A stretch of 63,867 nucleotides of DNA, counting the filler, from Octopus bimaculoides (taxonomy: Eukaryota): the NCBI RefSeq assembly GCF_001194135.2. It is 5 parts of 5 records of this genome, joined end to end, with 100 filler letters (N's around TTAATTAATTAA, not from the genome) between each part and the next. Parts side by side here need not be neighbours in the genome. Positions count along the whole stretch, not along the records: positions 1 to 22,924 come from NC_068987.1; 4 more parts are not named here. One strand, 5' to 3'. The notes under the pieces are model-generated. The model saw only the letters and a program-made list of their open reading frames with translations. It made no database searches and had not been told where the DNA came from. Shown here piece after piece: positions 1 to 12,106 of the stretch (positions are counted from its first letter, which is position 1; each line of letters opens with the position of its first letter). Both the position numbers and the translations under genes were made by a program.

Positions 1-41
<41 letters not shown>

Positions 42-357
42 GTTTACGTATCTTTTGCAAGATTTCGAAATCGTGTGTTGAACTTTATTTCGGCTTGTTT
101 CTTCTTTTTCTCGCACTATATACTCGTTCTTCACTTCAGATTTATTATTGATTCTTACTTAATTGTTCTTTGTTTGCAAAACTTGTAACCTCTTCAGCCA
201 CTCATTCCCTCATGGCTTCTGTTCTGTTTAGAGAAAGAGAGGTCTAAACAGAACGGGAGACGACACGTGGGATGAACAGTCGCTGAAGAGGCCACAGAAC
301 GTGGGACCAGAGATTTCCAAACAAAACACAATAAAATAAAAACAATAATCAATCCAA

Positions 358-2083
358 AATGATGTACGCAACCATTTAGATACCAGGTATGTGAGTGCTC
401 CTGAAAGTATGTGGCACCTGCTTAAGAATGCATGACAGATCTCATTCAGTTATTCACCTGCCAGTCCATCAGCCACAAGAGCAACTTATATACTTTGAAG
501 AGGGTCAAGAGAGACAGGCACTTGAGAGAGCAGCACAGAACACACCACTGACTGCTTGGTATCTTCTGAATTGAACGGATGAAAATGCCCGCAATTTGCA
601 TTATTCGGATATTCCGTACAGTTGTCTTCAATAAGTAGACTATTGAATGGAAGCATAGGCAAAAAGGAGGTGATAAAGTCATCCCCAGACGGTACACCGT
701 TAGCCCTAATGAAGAGGAACGATTTTACTTGAGACTGTTGTTGCACATTCCTGGAGATCGAAGTAATGAGGATATGAAAACTGTAAATGGTGTAGTCTGC
801 AACTGATTTAAAAAAGCTGCTCTCTTAAGAAATTTAGTTGAAAATGATGAAGTATAGCACAGGCGCAAAGAAGAAGCGTCCCTTACAAGTATGCCATTTC
901 AGCTAAGATAATTGTTTGCTCTTGTTTGCATGTTCAACACACCAGCTAACCATTCACAATTGTACCACCAGTTTGAGGAGGAGATGATTAAGGATTTCAC
1001 AATAATTAACACTCGAGACGTGGCCATCCACAGAGCATTAAATGATATTGAGTCAATACTGAGAGTACATGGGCTATGCTGCAGAGATTTGCATCCCAGG
1101 TACAGCAGCCTATCATGAAGTAACTGCCGAAAAGAACAATGCTGAAGGAGTCGATACTGAGCTGTGCATTGCATCCTTCATTAAGGCTCAGAGCCAGGTC
1201 TATGCATACGTTACTGCAGCCATCAATGACGACGAAAGATAGAGTAGATTCTTTTTCCTCAATGGCCCTGGAAGTACGGGAAAAACCTACCTTTACAATA
1301 CATTGATAGCTTCTCTGAGAAGGCAAAGGAAATGTGTCCTTTCCTATGCTACTATAGGCATAGCTACTTATTTGCTTATTGATGGAAGGACTGTTCACAG
1401 TGGACTCAAACTTCCCGTCCCATTGCATGAGAGTTCCCCCTCTCACATGAGAATCCCTTCAGAGTCATATGAAAAGTAAAGCAGGCTCACCTTTGAATTA
1501 TTGATGAAGCATCAATGTTATCATGCAATGCTCTGAGAGCCATTGATCTGCTGCTGAGACAAATAATGAATTTTCCCAGACCATTCGCTGGAAAAGCGCT
1601 ACTACTCGGTGGAGTCTTCAGACAAACTGCAACTATTATCCCGTGAAGATCCAGTGCAGTAATAATTAAGTCAAAGATTTTTTTTCATTCATGGAAAAAT
1701 ACTTAATGGAAGTAAGAAAGGAGATTAGGCCTTTATCCTAGTGAGACAACTCTTTCCTTTAGTATGAGTAGACGACAGTTTCCTGTTAACCCAGCATTTG
1801 CAATGACTATTAACAAATCACAAGGGCAGATCTTCAATAATGATAGCATCATTCTACCATCACCAGTATTCGGCCATGGACAACTTTATGCAACATTGAG
1901 TAGAAGTAGAAGCAGTAATAATATTGGAATTTTGGTAAATTCAAAACAAGGCAAGCTCATTCGTGGTAGAATTTTCAGTAGAAAGGTGGAAATTAAACAG
2001 TTATTAAGATAAAGATTGTAATCTTTTCATTTTATTTTGTGTATAATTTTCATGTTATCATTTCAGACGGCACGGGTACACTA

Positions 2084-2084
<1 letters not shown>
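358..2084 (+). mobile_element. Helitron RepHel relic (3' part, multiple stops/frameshifts, internal deletion) with CTAG 3' terminus
   Basis: Manual translation: HLDTRYVSAPES and MHDRSHSVIHLPVH (358-460), ERFYLRLLLHIPG (~718-755), Walker A GPGSTGKT (1264-1287), DGRTVHSGLKLP (1381-1416), IDEASM (1500-1517), PFAGKALLLGGVFRQ, RRQFPVNPAFAMTINKSQGQ and HGQLYATLSR (1767-1905) = Pif1-type helicase motifs. It ends GCACGGG-TACA-CTAG|T at 2070-2085, a typical Helitron 3' end. Confidence 0.9.
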
Positions 2085-2117
<33 letters not shown>

Positions 2118-2502
2118 NNNNNNNNNNNNNNNNNNNNNNNNNNNNNNNNNNNNNNNNNNNNNNNNNNNNNNNNNNNNNNNNNNNNNNNNNTTGCTAAGTT
2201 AACTGTGGCTGGTTCATCTTGATGTAGCTGAGTTTGGTTATGCATTAACTGGTCTAGTCTGTGTACTTTGTATATAAACTAATGGCAAGAAGAGCCAGGT
2301 AAATTCAATACTTTTCTTTATTACAGCTGTTAAGAAAATTCATGGCAAATGTCTTCCATATCGAGAAGTAACTGGTTTGGTAATTTTAACTAACTAAATC
2401 TGGAACAGTGGAAGTTGTCTCCTAATTGAAATTCTGTAGCATCTTTATGGGGAGCGTTAGCAGCGGGAAAAAAACGGGAAGACATTCGTTTGGCTTGTGA
2501 TT

Positions 2503-2503
<1 letters not shown>

Positions 2504-2571
<68 letters not shown>

Positions 2572-2642
2572 ACACTCTCTCTCACTCATTCTCTCACTCT
2601 CTCTCTTTCTTTATTCCTCTCTCTCTCTCTCTCTCTCTCTCT
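2504..2642. repeat. (CT)n microsatellite
   Basis: Directly visible; explains the SL-repeat ORF 2497-2739. Confidence 0.95.
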
Positions 2643-3954
2643 GCTCCATAGCATGATGGATCGTTCATTATATTGGTGGACAGGCAGAGAATTTTTCTGC
2701 GTTAGAATGAAAACTTTTGCTCAAACACCTGTTGGCTAGTTAAGACCATCCAATCTTACCAGCAGATTTAGTTCAACCCTAGTCGTATAATCAGATGTTG
2801 ACAATGCCGAAACACGCCCATATGATACAGCTGCGTAAACAATATGCAAACCTAGAAGTACGTATAATACTACTAATGGATAGCACAAAGTGAAATCTGA
2901 AAGTGAACGAGTTTTATATAGTACTCTACTACATTCGTAACAGAATATATTTATAAACACTATAATTGCCAGAAATGTATTCTAATAGAAATAAGAGAAA
3001 TGAGATTTAAAATTGAGGTACCTGCTGATAAGGCACTTGATGTGACACATCCGCACCTATGATGCATCACAATTGATTGGATTGGATCTCACCCGCGAGA
3101 CACTGGTGCACAGTAAATCGAAACGATCGTAGTGAATAATAAAGAATCTCTTGAATTCCATTTTCTTTCTCTCATATATAAAGAAATGATATCTTGGCAA
3201 CATATTTCATCTCAGTTTCCAAGGAGAGCTAATTCATCCTTTGATAATAATTGGTATCATCTCTAAATGAGAACTGAAGATAATTTGAAGAATCACGAAA
3301 GAACCTCCGTTCGTATCCAAATATAAGCATATTTGTCTTTCTTGTTCAAATATCCTATTGGCTAGTCTGAATTACATGTATTTTCTCATCTTCCATTTAT
3401 TTATTCACTTTGCGTGGACCATGAATATGTTCAACACGTTTATGTATATTGACGTCTCTAATCTACTGACAGCACCGTGCGAATGTTAAAGAGCTAAACA
3501 CCCCCAAAGAAGCAGAAATTCATATTTTTACCTCTCATCTTGTATGTGTACATACTGATTGCCTTTTCGAACTGACATGTCAATATTGAAAACTACTTAG
3601 TGATTGAGATTATCTCCCCTTCTTATTTGGAGCTGATTCCAATTGTTATCAAGCAATTGCTCTAAACTATCTGGAAGCGGAGATAATTCCAATAAAACAA
3701 GACTTTAGCCTAAATATCTAATACACCCTTTTCCATAAATACATGCGTGTGTGTGTGTGCGTGTAGGAATATATATATATATATATATACATAAATGTAT
3801 GTTTACGTTGATATGTGCGTGCACTTCAGAGAAACATGAATGATTGAGAAAGCGGCGAAGAAGGTGAGTAGGATAAAGAAGAGTAGCTGAAAATTTCCGG
3901 CGAAAAATGCACGGAACAAATTTCATATACATAACGCTTAATAATAAAAGCAAT

Positions 3955-3967
3955 GATAATAATAACA

Positions 3968-4038
<71 letters not shown>

Positions 4039-4100
4039 TATATTATTATTATTATTATTATTGTTATCATTGTTGTTGTTGTTGTTGTTGTTATTGTTGT
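3955..4100. repeat. Compound (AAT)n-(ATT)n-(GTT)n microsatellite
   Basis: Directly visible; the (AAT)n and (ATT)n tracts abut head-to-head. Confidence 0.95.
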
Positions 4101-4675
4101 TTTGGTGATGATAACGACGACAAAGACATAGGGAATACAAAGAAATAGGGAACATGTAACAAAGACAATAAACAAAACAACAATATCAGAAACGAAAATA
4201 GCAGCGACAGTAATGTGAAGAACGACAAGAACAACGACAGAAATTCTGTAAAAAAAAAAAATTTAAAAAAAAAAAGGAATGAAAGAAAATAAACAAATAA
4301 ATAAATAGATGAATAAAAAGTAATGGAATTTTAAACAAAAGCAAAACTGAATTATCCTATTCTTTCAGAATAAATGTTTGTTTGAGTAGATAAATATAAC
4401 CAATGTCTACAAAAAGAAAATGTTTCAAAATGCTAAACAAATAGATTAGAAATAGCTATCACCACCAGCACCAGCACCACCACTGCTGCTACAACATCAC
4501 CATCACTACCGACACCATAAATTTATCAAGCTTTTATAAAGGAAAAAAAAATACATAGAACCATAAGAATTTGTTTGAGGTAGTCTCTTACATACTATAG
4601 CGAAGGAAGAATGAAATTGGAAATTTCGTTTGAAATTAACTGCAGGGGTTTATGAAAATAAATATTAACAAACAC

Positions 4676-4727
<52 letters not shown>

Positions 4728-5194
4728 TATATATCTGTGTGTGTGTGTTTGTGTGTTTGTATGTTTGTGTGTGTGTGTTTGTGTGTATGTGTGTGTATAA
4801 TATATATATATATATGGGACTATGTGTGTTTGTGCTTGCGTGTGTATGCATATATACATATGTACAGACAAATACACTATGTATATATAGAGACAGGTGG
4901 GGAATTTTTCATATATGTCTCTGTACTTTAGATCTGTACGTATTTACAAATATGTACACGCTCACACACGTACACGCAAGAAAATTCGAAATAAATGGTA
5001 TTGCAATATAATTACGTAGAGGTGGTGGTGATGGTGGCGGCATGGATGGTTCTGGTTTATAGGATGATATTGGATCTGAAAGTGGTTGGGTAAATGTGAT
5101 ATTGAAGGTCGTAAGAGTTGCCCTAACGGATCCTGAAAAATGCTGAGCTACATTTCTTTACGTTCTGATTTCAAAATCAATTCGCTGGACTGTT

Positions 5195-5730
5195 CCGGTG
5201 GACTTTCCAGACGGACCTATGGATAATTTTGGCCTGGTAGTGCTACCAGTGGGGATGGGCGGAGGGACATTGCCTGTTCAGGATAAACTCTAGAGGCATG
5301 GAGGTACCGTCAACCGGTCTTGCCCGAGATGCGTGCAGAGCAACCGGACTGTTCAGCACGCTCTAATCCAGTGCCCGAGTATTACTAACCTGTGAGTTTA
5401 CGTCAAGCACTTGCTGTAATGTGTATGACAGATCCGGTTATGGGCTGAGTCCATTGTAAAGATTGTCCCACCGCCTTCCTCTGGATGGAATGGCAGGCAG
5501 TGTTTCTTGCCTGGTGGACTTAGCGAAAGGGTTTGTACGGTGAACCGCATTGAAAGAGACGAAGGCAGAAACTCTCCTGTTTGGCCCAACCCACGTCAAT
5601 GCTTTTAAGTTTCACGTGAAAAAGATAGTGAGGGAGGAGTGAGAAATGCTGCCACCCAGCAATTTAATTGAAAGGTGGGTGAATGTTGCAAGAATGGTCC
5701 TAGCGAACAAGCCAACTCTACGAATACAGC
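5195..5730 (+). mobile_element. L1/Tx1-clade LINE ORF2 C-terminal relic (zinc-knuckle region)
   Basis: Translation LPVQDKL*RHGGTVNRSCPRCVQSNRTVQHALIQCP (CPRC at 5321-5332, H..C at 5357-5374), later ERWVNVARMV; matches the L1/Tx1 C-X2-C...H..C tail pattern; has stops. Confidence 0.7.
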
Positions 5731-6394
5731 TATAGACGTTAATGAGACAGCACTTGCTCTAGTGACTAGGGCATTCTTGGTTTTGTGAGCTTTCTACTGT
5801 CTGCCACAGGAAGTCTCCCACTTCTGGGAAATTTTTGTTGTTAAAAATTTATTCTATGGTTTTCACTGTTTACGTGTTTAATTTTTTATGCAAACCACAT
5901 ATTGTATTGTCTTGTACCGACCCCAATGTTTTTGTGGTTAATGAAGAAAACATGTTTATTATTATTATCTATAATATTAATACGGCAAATTGCTGTTTTT
6001 GTACGTCTGTACCTGTGGTGTGTGTCACACTTACCTCAAAGGAAGAAGTTAGTGGCAAAGAGGGAGAGAGGAGGACAGAGAGGAAGTGAGAGAGTGATAG
6101 AGAGAGGGATAGAGAAAGAGAGAGAATGAGAGAGACAAGGAGTGGTGACGGCGTTCGTTTTGTGTTTTTAAATGTTTATCACATTGCAAGAAAAGTTGAT
6201 ACATTGATACATACACATATTCTTATGTTAAAAGCGGGAGAGAGGGACACAGAAGGAGTGAGAGAGAAAGAGAGAAAGTGAGAGAAAGTAGATACATAGA
6301 TCGAAAGAAAGTTGATACATAGACACATAGACACATTGTTAAATCAAAGACAACCACAGCAAATATTGGATGTCACTTTCACTTTTCATTGCCA

Positions 6395-6560
6395 CACGAG
6401 GATAAAATTAACTCGCAAGTGGCTGAGTACTCCACAGACTTGCATACTATTAACGTATCTCTCAAGGAGATTCAGCCTCATACAGAATATGACAAGGCTG
6501 GCCCCTTTCAATTACAGCTACAAATCATTTTAGTCAGCTGAGTGGACTGGAGTAAGATAA
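6395..6560 (-). mobile_element. SINE family B fragment (central/3' part)
   Basis: Shares GCAAGTGGCTGAGTACTCCACAGAC...GACAAGGCTGGCCCCTTT...CTGAGTGGACTG with 6872-7197. Confidence 0.75.
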
Positions 6561-6871
6561 ACCTTCAAGCGGTTGGAAGAAAAAGAAAAAACATCCTACA
6601 TAGGGGCAGGAAAATCTTTTTAGTCATTAGGGTCTCTAGGGGTGTTAGTACGGTCCTAACAGCGGCATTTGTAGGTCTCACAGATCTAGAGGTCAAGCCC
6701 CCAGATAAACACCGACGGACAGGCTGTTGTTATCAAACTGAGCGTGAGTCGAGGGCAAATACACGACAGAATAGCAATTATTTCGTCATAGCTTTCACTT
6801 CTTATACTAAACACATGACATTTTCTGCCTTACAATATGAAACATTTCCTTTTCTTTTACTATTTTTAAAA

Positions 6872-7197
6872 AATGGCACTCTGTCGGTTACGACGAATAG
6901 GTTCCTATTTATCTGATCAACAGAACAGTCTGCTCGTAAAATTAACGCGCAAGTGGCTGAGTACTCCACAGACATACCTACCATAAGATAGTTCTCTGGG
7001 AGATTCAGCCTCACACGGAATGTGACAAGGCTGGTGCCTTTGAATTTCAACTACAACTCATTTTTTACCAACTGAGTGGACTGCAACAAAATGAAGTTGA
7101 GTACCTTGCTCAAGAACACAGCGCGCCGCAGGGAATCGTACTCATGACTTTACGAACGTGAGCCGAATACCCCTAACTGCTGAACCATGCACCTTCA
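6872..7197 (-). mobile_element. tRNA-derived SINE family B, near full length
   Basis: The reverse complement has a tRNA-like head (A-box-like GGTTCAGCAGTTAGG, B-box GAGTACGATTCC), a TGTGTTCTTGAGCAAGG central motif, and a 3' module shared with 55662-56043 and 57519-57840. Confidence 0.8.
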
Positions 7198-7712
7198 CTC
7201 TTAACCATAGAGAAAAGGAGTGAAGCGATAGAGACAGAGAAAGGAAAGCATCAGTCATTTACAATGAAAATTAGACTGAAATACGATCGATCTTTTCTAG
7301 CTCCTTTACTTTTAACAATGAAAAAAGAAAGACATTTAGTAATGAATAGTGGGAAAGTATTTCAGGTGTTTACGTTTTTATTCTGGGAGTTCTAGAACGG
7401 TCGACTGTTAGTTCTCTATTCATTCCCCACCCCGGTACTTATTCGCCTTCTTTCATAGACCTTCATGTCTTTTAGTTGGGGTGGGGGAAGACCATATTTT
7501 TTTTACAGACACACTTAACGTTTCTCTTACAAACTACAAACAAGTCCGCTTCCCTTCCTTTTTTTTTTCTTGTTTTTTTTTTCATATAAAGGCTAATGCA
7601 AATTTCCAACGGAGCATGACTGTGAAAAGAGCCCAGAAAAATGGGCAATACGTCCTACAAAATTTGGGGGGGAGTAAAGTTGCCAACAAGTGGCTGCACG
7701 AAATTAAAATTT

Positions 7713-7830
7713 GTACTGTAAGCACCAGCCTTACAGGGTATAAGTCCAGGGGTCGATTTCTTCAACTAAAGGGTGGTGCTCCAGCATGGCCACCGTCAAA
7801 TGACTGGAACATGTAAAAGAATAAATGAAT
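7713..7830 (+). mobile_element. SINE family A 3' fragment
   Basis: GGGGTCGATT...GGTGCTCCAGCATGGCC...AATGACTG tail shared with 48426-48808. Confidence 0.7.
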
Positions 7831-8087
7831 GCCGGTAGAAAGTTCCGTAACAGTAAAACAAGAAGATTCCTTAAATATGTACGATGTATTTTAAGGCTAA
7901 ATAGTAATTCTGTTTACGTTTGTGTAACAGATATTTCTGTTGGATTATATAGTTATTGGTTTTACACTTCTTTCTATATTCTGTAACTGTCACAATATAG
8001 AAACATTTCTCATGGCACCAGCACACTATTTACAGATGATTACATATTTTATATTTTCCGTTAATTTTTCACGGGACCAGCAAGTTC

Positions 8088-8117
8088 TTCTTCTTCTTTT
8101 TCTTCTTCTTCTTCTTC

Positions 8118-8179
<62 letters not shown>

Positions 8180-8220
8180 GTTGTTGATGTTGTGATCATT
8201 ATTATTTTAATTATTATCAT
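8088..8220. repeat. (CTT)n-(ATT)n microsatellite
   Basis: Directly visible. Confidence 0.95.
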
Positions 8221-8747
8221 TTAGACGGTGAGTTGGTAGAATCGTTAGCACACCAAACAATATGCTCAGTGGCATTTCGTCCGTCTACTTCCAAAATTTC
8301 AAACTACTATTATTATTATTATTATTAGTAGTAGTAGTAGTAGTAGTAGTAGTAGATTTCTTTTAAACACTTTCATATCTGTAGTTACCGGAGAGTACTG
8401 CTGCTCTTTCCATAAATCGAATTCTAAGACATTAGCAGTTGGTTTTTTTCGTTTTCGGTTTGTGACGTTGCCCACGCTGTTGATGATATCGATTATGATG
8501 ATGGTGTTGATGATGAGGACAATGACAACTACGATGACAATGACGGTGTCGATGATTTAGTTATTGTCATCGTTATAGTCGTAAATGTTGTTGGTTTTGA
8601 TGAGGGTGTTGGCGATAATTTTAGAGATGACATGTAAAGATATACACACACACACACATACACACACACACNNNNNNNNNNTTTTTTTACTCGCTCCTTT
8701 GCGCCGTTGGTTAATTTTGCTTGATTATTTTTAACAATTGCTCTGCT

Positions 8748-8762
8748 TTAGTAGTAGTAGTG

Positions 8763-8822
<60 letters not shown>

Positions 8823-8823
8823 A
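8748..8823. repeat. (TAG)n microsatellite
   Basis: Directly visible. Confidence 0.95.
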
Positions 8824-9045
8824 TGTATTGTTAGTGAATATTGGGTGATGATTTATAACACGTTTTGCATTTTGGTATTGTTATCATATTGCTATGACGG
8901 ATCGCGTTGCTACTGCTGTTATTAACTGTGGTAAATGTGCTTTGTTGGTTGCGGAAGTAATTATTTTAATTTTTCTTATTCTTATTCTTATAATTAATCT
9001 TGTTGCACCCCCTTTCATCACTCTTTCAAACTTTATATATAAAAT

Positions 9046-9560
9046 GAGTGGCTGTGTAGTAAGTAGCTTCCTTACCAACTACATGGTTCCGGGTTCAGTC
9101 CCACTGCGTGGCACCTTGGGCAGGTGTCTTCTACTATAGCCCGTCGTATCTATGTATATATATATATATATATNNNNNNNNNNNNNNNNNNNNNNNNNNN
9201 NNNNNNNNNNNNNNNNNNNNNNNNNNNNNNNNNNNNNNNNNNNNNNNNNNNNNNNNNNNNNNNNNNNNNNNNNNNNNNNNNNNNNNNNNNNNNNNNNNNN
9301 NNNNNNNNNNNNNNNNNNNNNNNNNNNNNNNNNNNNNNNNNNNNNNNNNNNNNNNNNNNNNNNNNNNNNNNNNNNNNNNNNNNNNNNNNNNNNNNNCGAT
9401 GCTGGTGTGTTTACGTCCCCGTAACCTAGCGGTTAGGCAAAAAGAGACCGATAGAATAAGTACTAGGCTTACAAAGAATAAGTCCTGGGGTCGATTTTCT
9501 CGACTAAAGGCAGTGCTCCAGTATGGCGGCGGTCAAATGACTGAAACAAGTAAAAGAGTA
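9046..9560 (+). mobile_element. tRNA-derived SINE family A with internal deletion and gap
   Basis: GAGTGGCTGTGTAGTAAGTAGC...GGGTTCAGTCCCACTGCG (B-box-like), internal (TA)n, tail CTGAAACAAGTAAAAGAG; homologous to 48426-48808. Confidence 0.9.
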
Positions 9561-9760
9561 AAAAATGTTACAAAATTATATCATCGAGGAAGAAGCGGTA
9601 GAGCGATGGAGAAAAAGCCTTACTGAAGTTATTTATTTATTCCTTCCCATGACCGCAGTCCTAATCTTGCTGCCAATCTTTCATTTTTAGTGATATATAA
9701 AAAAATTACCAGCCACGAACTTGGATCGAATTAATCGACCATAACTTCAACGAAAGTTTG

Positions 9761-9915
9761 TAATATTTTCTCTGTTACAAATTATTAATATTTTCTCTGC
9801 TAGAAATTATTAATATTTTCTCTGTTACAAATTATTAATATTTTCTCTGTTACAAATTAATCATATTTTCTCTATTACAAATTATTAATTATTATTCACT
9901 GTTACAAATTATTGA
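9761..9915. repeat. 25-bp minisatellite, about 6 copies (TAATATTTTCTCTGTTACAAATTAT)
   Basis: Period of 25 seen at 9761, 9786, 9811, 9836 and 9861, decaying rightwards. Confidence 0.9.
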
Positions 9916-11436
9916 TAATTATTATTCATTCCTTACTTTGTCTTAATCATTGTAAATCAGAACGTACTTCTCATGTATAAAAATATGAAATGGTATTACA
10001 CCATAAAACCTCATATATATATTTTCTTCAACTTTTTAATCTATATCTCTTTGAATGTTTTGAGGTCGTACAAATAAGGTATTTTTAGAAGGAAGGCAAC
10101 TGTTTCTGATTTGAAAGATATTTTTGGATTGTTCACAAAAAGTACTAAGTTCAGTTTCCTGTCAATAATCATATTACATGTATGCTTTTCGGGATCAGGT
10201 TTTTAGTATCGCATTCATGAAATCCTAATATTCATAACCTTTTCGCTTTTGATCTAAACGCGTTTCACGCATCCTTTCTTTTCCCCAAATCATTCTCCAC
10301 TCGTTAATAAGTCTGATGTCATATTTTTTCTCGTTCTTTCGATGACATTTTTCTTTGAATATACTTAAGGTGTTCCTAGCCTACAAAGTTACTTTTTTAC
10401 ATATACCCCAACTAATTATTATTTTCTGTGTGTTTGTGAGTGCTTGTGCCTGGTTTCCTTTTTGTTTACGTTTCAAATCACAGTCATAGATTGCAAATGC
10501 GAATAATCTGATGGCATACACAATAATATAGCTAACTGCATATGTATCCGCGAGAATATATTCATACCCTCTAAGCCGTCACACCCATATATCCTAATAA
10601 CGATAAGCACCCCCTCCCTGTGGCAAATAAATTGCTTGTCGTTGCTGATTTGTACGGGAAACATGAACAGATCGTGATTCCTAATAGATCCTTCCATGAA
10701 AATCTCATGCAATAAAAGTGTGGGTAAGCAAGATGGTTTCAGCGAGACCGGATCAATCTGAATCAGTCAAGAGCATTCGAAAGTGCCGAAAATATCTTCT
10801 TAGCGGGCGTATTCAAGGCGGCTGGATGCAACCTATTTTTTGGTAGTTTCTATGTAACCTTCGTAATTTTCCAATACAGATGAAGCGCACAGTTTTTTCT
10901 TTTAATGTAAATTCAGCAATGACGTTGAAATCATGCTTATTTCGATATTTGTATTGTTTGTGTTTGCTATGAAGGTAGTAATGGGTTCTTTGTAGAAGCC
11001 AGCATGAGGTTTTTCGATCAAATGAATCTCAGCTTGTAAATTTAATGTAAGATTGGTTGAGCATTTCGCAGACATGCATACCCGAAACGAAATTTACAAA
11101 CACAATCAGCATGATACACTGTGACAAATTGCATAGAAAGTGCAAAAATAACGAAAAAATCAACTCCAATATAAAATTGGTACCCGAGTATTCTGCTCCG
11201 AACTTATGAAAAGCAAATTTTACCTTGGTCTGATTTCAATTCAGAGTGCATCTAGCAATACCAAAAACTTCAAGAAATGCTACTAGATACACTAACGATC
11301 CCACCAATTCGTGAAACTTACCGAAGAGAATATAATACTTGGGAGATCTCTGTATAATGATGGTTTCAAAGTTTGGCGAAAGGCCAGAAAATTGGGAGGG
11401 AAGGTGTAAGTCAATTACATTGACTTCGGTACTCAA

Positions 11437-11578
11437 CGGGTGCTTCTTTTATCGAACCCGAAAGGATGAAAGGCAAAGTCGACTACAGTGGAATTTGAAC
11501 TCCAAACGTAGAGATGGACGAAATGCCACAAACGTATTTCCCGGCGTACAAATGATTCTACCAGCTCGCAGCCTTAAT
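11437..11578 (-). mobile_element. tRNA-derived SINE family D, partial
   Basis: CCCGAAAGGATGAAAGGCAAAGTCGAC...TTTGAACTC (B-box on minus)...TTCTACCAGCTCGC. Confidence 0.8.
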
Positions 11579-11590
11579 GATCTTTGTATA

Positions 11591-11786
11591 ATCCTTTCTA
11601 CTCTCGGCACATGGCCTGAAAATTGTGGGTAGTGGGGTTGTCGATCCCATCAAGCCCAGTACTTAATTTATTGACCCGAAGAATGAAAAGCAACCACGGA
11701 ACTTTAACTCAGAACGCAAAGACAGCCGAAAGGCAGCAAAGCAATTTGCCTAGCGAGCTAACTATTCTATGAGCTCACCACTTTAA
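11591..11786 (-). mobile_element. SINE family D, diverged copy
   Basis: Collinear with 11889-12106. Confidence 0.7.
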
Positions 11787-11888
11787 TGATCTCTGAATAA
11801 TAATATCCGATAATAAAAGTCGATTGGTTTGTTTATTGGGTTCGCCAGTTACGTTTTACATCGTAAAGAGAAACGTAGAGGAATAAAT

Positions 11889-12106
11889 ATACTTTTCTAC
11901 TCTATGCACAAGGCCTGAAATTTTGGAGGAGGGGGCCAGTCGATTAGATCGACCCCAGTACGCAACTAGTACTTAATTTAGTGACCCTGAAAAGATGAAA
12001 GGCAAAGTTGGCCTCGGCGGAATTTCAACTCAGAACATAAAAATAGACGAAATACCGCTAAACATTTCGTCCGGCGTGGTCACGGTTCTACCAGCTCGCT
12101 GCCTAT
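11889..12106 (-). mobile_element. tRNA-derived SINE family D, full length
   Basis: The reverse complement reads AGGCAGCGAGCTGGTAGAA (A-box)...GAGTTGAAATTCC (B-box)...TTTGCCTTTCATC...GGGGTCGATCTAATCGAC...GTAGAAAAG. Confidence 0.85.

Noticed and set aside
2327-2379. Small AG...GT bounded open frames as exons (also 3830-3863, 35029-35062, 40890-40970 minus, 42285-42430)
   Set aside because: The splice signals are plausible, but the peptides are unrecognised and such matches are expected by chance in 60 kb; they need RNA-seq.
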